DNA of 64,000 nt from Eukaryota sp. GEM-RC1 (lineage: Eukaryota), in the NCBI GenBank assembly GCA_040285855.1, contig JAUFOQ010000005.1:1116001-1180000 (forward strand), written 5' to 3'. Shown piece after piece: positions 60,586 through 64,000 of this stretch. The position numbers and the translations under genes are program-made. Under the pieces are notes generated by a model. That model was not told the DNA's origin, ran no database searches, and saw only the letters and a list, made by a program, of their open reading frames with translations. Position 1 is the first letter of the stretch. Each line of letters begins with the position of its first letter.

Positions 60586-62007
60586 ATGCTTCTTATCCAA
60601 GTAGAAGGCTCGGACACTACAGGTAAGACTCTTCATTGTCGCCGACTTGAAAGCCAACTGACTTCTTATAAAAAGAGCGTCAAATTCTGTCCTCCGGCTC
60701 GAGATCTGATTCCAAACTTCATGATGATATTTGACACTCTTTCCCCAGCAGAACTGGTAATCCATGAACTAAGAGGATTCGCTGCTCGACTGGACTGGGC
60801 TGTGAAATCGAAAGCTGACATTGTTCTCATCGACCGAGGGCTCGAAACCATTAAAGCATCATCCGTCGCTCGTCTCGTTGTTGCAGGACATTCTGATGTG
60901 GAATCAAAGAATGCGGTGGCAGAACTAACACGTCATTGTCAATTGGGGTATAATGTCCACACTCTGCACATCATACTTCAATATCCGGATGCTACTGCGA
61001 TCAGCCATTTTCTTTCACGGGAGTCTTCTTCGGTAGGTAAATCATATCTGACCTATCAGCAATACTTCATCAAAATCCTCCAATCTTGGAACTGGTCTAC
61101 GACAATTCCAACATGTCACCTCGATGCTTCTCTTCCCGTTGATTTGATCGGAAAAGATCTACTCCAATTTATATATCCTTTCTTGGACCTTGCTCATGAC
61201 GTCATCCAACTTTCTGATCCAGTGATTCATCAGGCTATTCTCATGAAGATGAAAGAGATTGCAAATGATTTGAACGCTGGTCTTTGGCTCACAGGATCAA
61301 GATTTTATGCGCTACATGGAGACGACTATGATATAAGAATGATTGTATCAGACCTTGCTGAATGTGTTCCTGTATTTCTTTCTTACAGCAATTGCTCCTG
61401 GTCTGCTTATCAGCTCTGTAGTTATATCACCTCCCACGGAATCAACACGCTGGGGATCAAATTCAACTGGCACGGTGTTGATATTTCTGTCCAATTCATG
61501 ACGAAGCAATTAATCGAAGATCTTTGCAGTCTGTCAAACTGTTCTGTCATTGTTCTTCGAACGTCACCTACCTCTTTGCACAATGACGTTTATGACATCC
61601 ATGGGAGAGAATATCAATCTGTACAACCTCACACTAAACTTGACGAAAATCTTTTCAGAGTTGAATTAAAACAATCATATTTCATGGATAACACTGTTGT
61701 CACACAAGTCTATCACAACATGATCATTACTGCAGATATTTTAATCGACCGTCACTCACTGTCTCTGTTTCGTCAACAACTCTTATCTAACTTGCTCAGT
61801 GTGGCAATCAGCTATTCAGTTCCAGTTCCTTATGCATTGTTTAATTGGTTAAAAAGAAATCACGAAAAATGGACTCCGTGTGCGAAATACACAATACTTC
61901 AGGAACTAATATCCTCAAATATCCAGAAGGTTGTCCTAAGTACCACAATGAATGTTTTCAATCAGCCTGAAATGAGTTTACATGATTCCACATCAGCTAT
62001 AATTTAA
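60586..62007 (+). CDS. Thymidylate-kinase-like domain fused to a pol-beta-type nucleotidyltransferase-like domain
   Basis: IQVEGSDTTGKT P-loop and VLIDRG; LWLTGSRF...DDYDIRMIV and later VDISVQF. Confidence 0.65.
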   Translation: MLLIQVEGSDTTGKTLHCRRLESQLTSYKKSVKFCPPARDLIPNFMMIFDTLSPAELVIHELRGFAARLDWAVKSKADIVLIDRGLETIKASSVARLVVAGHSDVESKNAVAELTRHCQLGYNVHTLHIILQYPDATAISHFLSRESSSVGKSYLTYQQYFIKILQSWNWSTTIPTCHLDASLPVDLIGKDLLQFIYPFLDLAHDVIQLSDPVIHQAILMKMKEIANDLNAGLWLTGSRFYALHGDDYDIRMIVSDLAECVPVFLSYSNCSWSAYQLCSYITSHGINTLGIKFNWHGVDISVQFMTKQLIEDLCSLSNCSVIVLRTSPTSLHNDVYDIHGREYQSVQPHTKLDENLFRVELKQSYFMDNTVVTQVYHNMIITADILIDRHSLSLFRQQLLSNLLSVAISYSVPVPYALFNWLKRNHEKWTPCAKYTILQELISSNIQKVVLSTTMNVFNQPEMSLHDSTSAII

Positions 62008-62044
62008 ATCTTGTTGTAATATTTGTAAATAAAAACAGTTTTCT

Positions 62045-62584
62045 TTAGTTTTTCCGACTGTACAAAGCTTCAAACTGAGACTCAAAGGATGCGAATTGCT
62101 CTTCAAAACTGGCCATACCGTCAATGACAATATGGGATTCGTCATTCAATGGTTCTTCCAATTCTGAAGCATGCCTCAACACTTTTTCTTTGGTAGTAAT
62201 TGGAGAATGTTCACATATTGTCCTATTACATCCTCGTTTGATTGCATCATCCAATGGAACTTTGAGCCATATGAGACAAGTCTTCACATTCATGATGTCA
62301 TGGGCAAGCTTTTGTGTTCGCATCCTATCTTCTCTTCTTTCGTGATTGGCATCGTAAACTACATCACATCCGGCTTTCAGTGCTGCAGATAGAGCATAAT
62401 TTAACGCTTCGAAAACCAGTGTATTGCGAGTTTCCTTAGTGAGATTGACACTGTTGTGGGAAAACATACAGTGTCTCATATAGTCACTGCTATAGTGAAT
62501 GAAAGACAATCTTTCACAGAGTTGTCGAGAGAAATGTGTCTTCCCCGATCCAGGAACACCCATGAAGTAGAGAAGTGTTGGCAT
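62045..62584 (-). CDS. AAA_33-family P-loop kinase
   Basis: YFMGVPGSGKT, SSDYMR, VVYDANH...R, IVIDG. Confidence 0.8.
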   Translation of the reverse strand: MPTLLYFMGVPGSGKTHFSRQLCERLSFIHYSSDYMRHCMFSHNSVNLTKETRNTLVFEALNYALSAALKAGCDVVYDANHERREDRMRTQKLAHDIMNVKTCLIWLKVPLDDAIKRGCNRTICEHSPITTKEKVLRHASELEEPLNDESHIVIDGMASFEEQFASFESQFEALYSRKN

Positions 62585-63108
62585 GGGACAACCTGGATCT
62601 AGCTCAATTTATGTGGTGTAGAAGAACTCTACAAAAACTGGTCACAAGACCCTACTTGTGGAAGAAAGAATTTTTGCTAAACCAACATGATGAGATACAA
62701 TATCTTTGTTCCCATTCAATCAACTTTGATGATAACTAATGATGATCTTATGTGTTGTCGATGGAATTAGTACAATAAATAATCTACTCAACAATATTCT
62801 ATTACTTCCAATTATTGCAGTGTATTGCAGTACAGTATTGTAATTTTTTGACCTAGACCCTACAATATGTTTTTGACAGTCCCTGCTATATACACTTCAA
62901 CAAAAAAGTGATAGTTGTTAAATCTGATTCTGGTGTCTATACTCAGTTTTTCAAACCAACACAGAACCCTACTCATAATGTTATCAATTGACAAGCCTGT
63001 ATGCGTCACACGGCCACATGTGTGGCAGTCTGGTACATGTAGTTTACTACGCAATGCAATGCCTACACTAAATATTAGTAACTTTTAGCACTTTGAAAAT
63101 GTGTTTTT

Positions 63109-64000
63109 ATGGAGTTCCACTCCAAACTTTTGGTCAAGTTATGGTCAATTGACCGTGTAGGCTGCATTGTAGCTCCTGGCTTAGACGAAAGGTCAGTGGT
63201 AGACTCTCTATTACGCCTCTCCCACAAAAAGAACTCATGGCCTCACCATCCTCGTTGATTCTAAACACAACTACTCCTTCACTTCCTCTCAATACTTCTT
63301 CAACAACATCTCAGTCCTCCCCGAAGGAACCTCCCTCAGTGTCAGACAAGAAGCATACGCGAGGAAAGGCATCATTGTCATTTCTTCAAAGACTCTCACC
63401 ACTGACATTCTAAGAGAACGTCTCCACGCCAAGTCCATATCTTGTGTTGTAGTTGACAATGGCCATTTCTGTACGCTTGAACATCCGTCGTCATTTGCTA
63501 TTAGGCTGATTCTAGATCAGAATCCAAAGGTGCTCTTGAAGGTTCTCTGTTTTGCACCGTATTTTTTTAAATATTCAAAGTTTTGTGCTCCTGTTTCAAA
63601 GCTTTTAGTCTTTTCAATGAATTCTTCTGAAGTCAAGGCTGTTTTTGATCCTCTGACGTGTGTTGATCACGTAGTACCTCCCAATGATACTTCTAAGCAA
63701 CTGTTGACGATTTTTTCAAAAATGTTGAATATCCTCTGTCGTGATGCAGTTAAAAAATTAAATTGTCTAGATTTTTCCACTCAAGATGTACTATCAAATT
63801 CTTTGACTTTCCAAGAAGTCCTTGGTGATTCGCTAATCAAAACTCGAAACTCTTCGTATGATTACTATCCACCAGTGATTGAGGATTTGATGGTTATTAA
63901 AAAGTTTATTTTTTCAGTTTTGAATAGTTCTTATATTGATGTATTGGAGATGTTTGTTGAAGAACATTTGCAGGAAGTAGCAAATTCGAAGATTTTGGAT
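63109..64000 (+). CDS. ERCC4: XPF/Rad1 endonuclease, N-terminal helicase-like region (partial)
   Basis: Own translation: IVAPGL, RQEAYARKGIIVISSKTLTTDILRER...VVVDNGH...SFAIRL; 1-nt shift at A-run ~63228. Confidence 0.7.

Overview
Gene-dense, intron-poor nuclear DNA of a flagellated microbial eukaryote, read in the standard code. It carries ciliary genes (DAW1, TMEM107), two 29-32 nt introns and very short divergent intergenic gaps; a metamonad-like lineage is only an inference. Housekeeping genes include DPM1, PP2A B'', Ank-DHHC, a Tom40-like gene, ubiquilin, DNAJC7, PRIM2, eIF1A, NUP35, SRPRA, a kinesin, an HRD1-like gene, XPF and tRNA-Ser. They are interspersed with four hAT-type MITEs, an expanded kinase-PBZ family, viperin and a dTMP-kinase/nucleotidyltransferase fusion paired with an AAA_33 kinase. 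Many genes are split by single-base indels in short homopolymers, most likely assembly errors. The standout is a ~5.9 kb element (~14500-20357). After four such 1-nt corrections it reads as one ~1735-aa polyprotein: structured tandem-repeat leader, 2A (StopGo) motif, SENP8/Ulp1-like protease, PolB-type 3'-5' exonuclease and a Fanzor (TnpB-family) domain whose RuvC-III Asp reads Asn, followed by a candidate omegaRNA hairpin. All calls are by motif reading; no searches were run.
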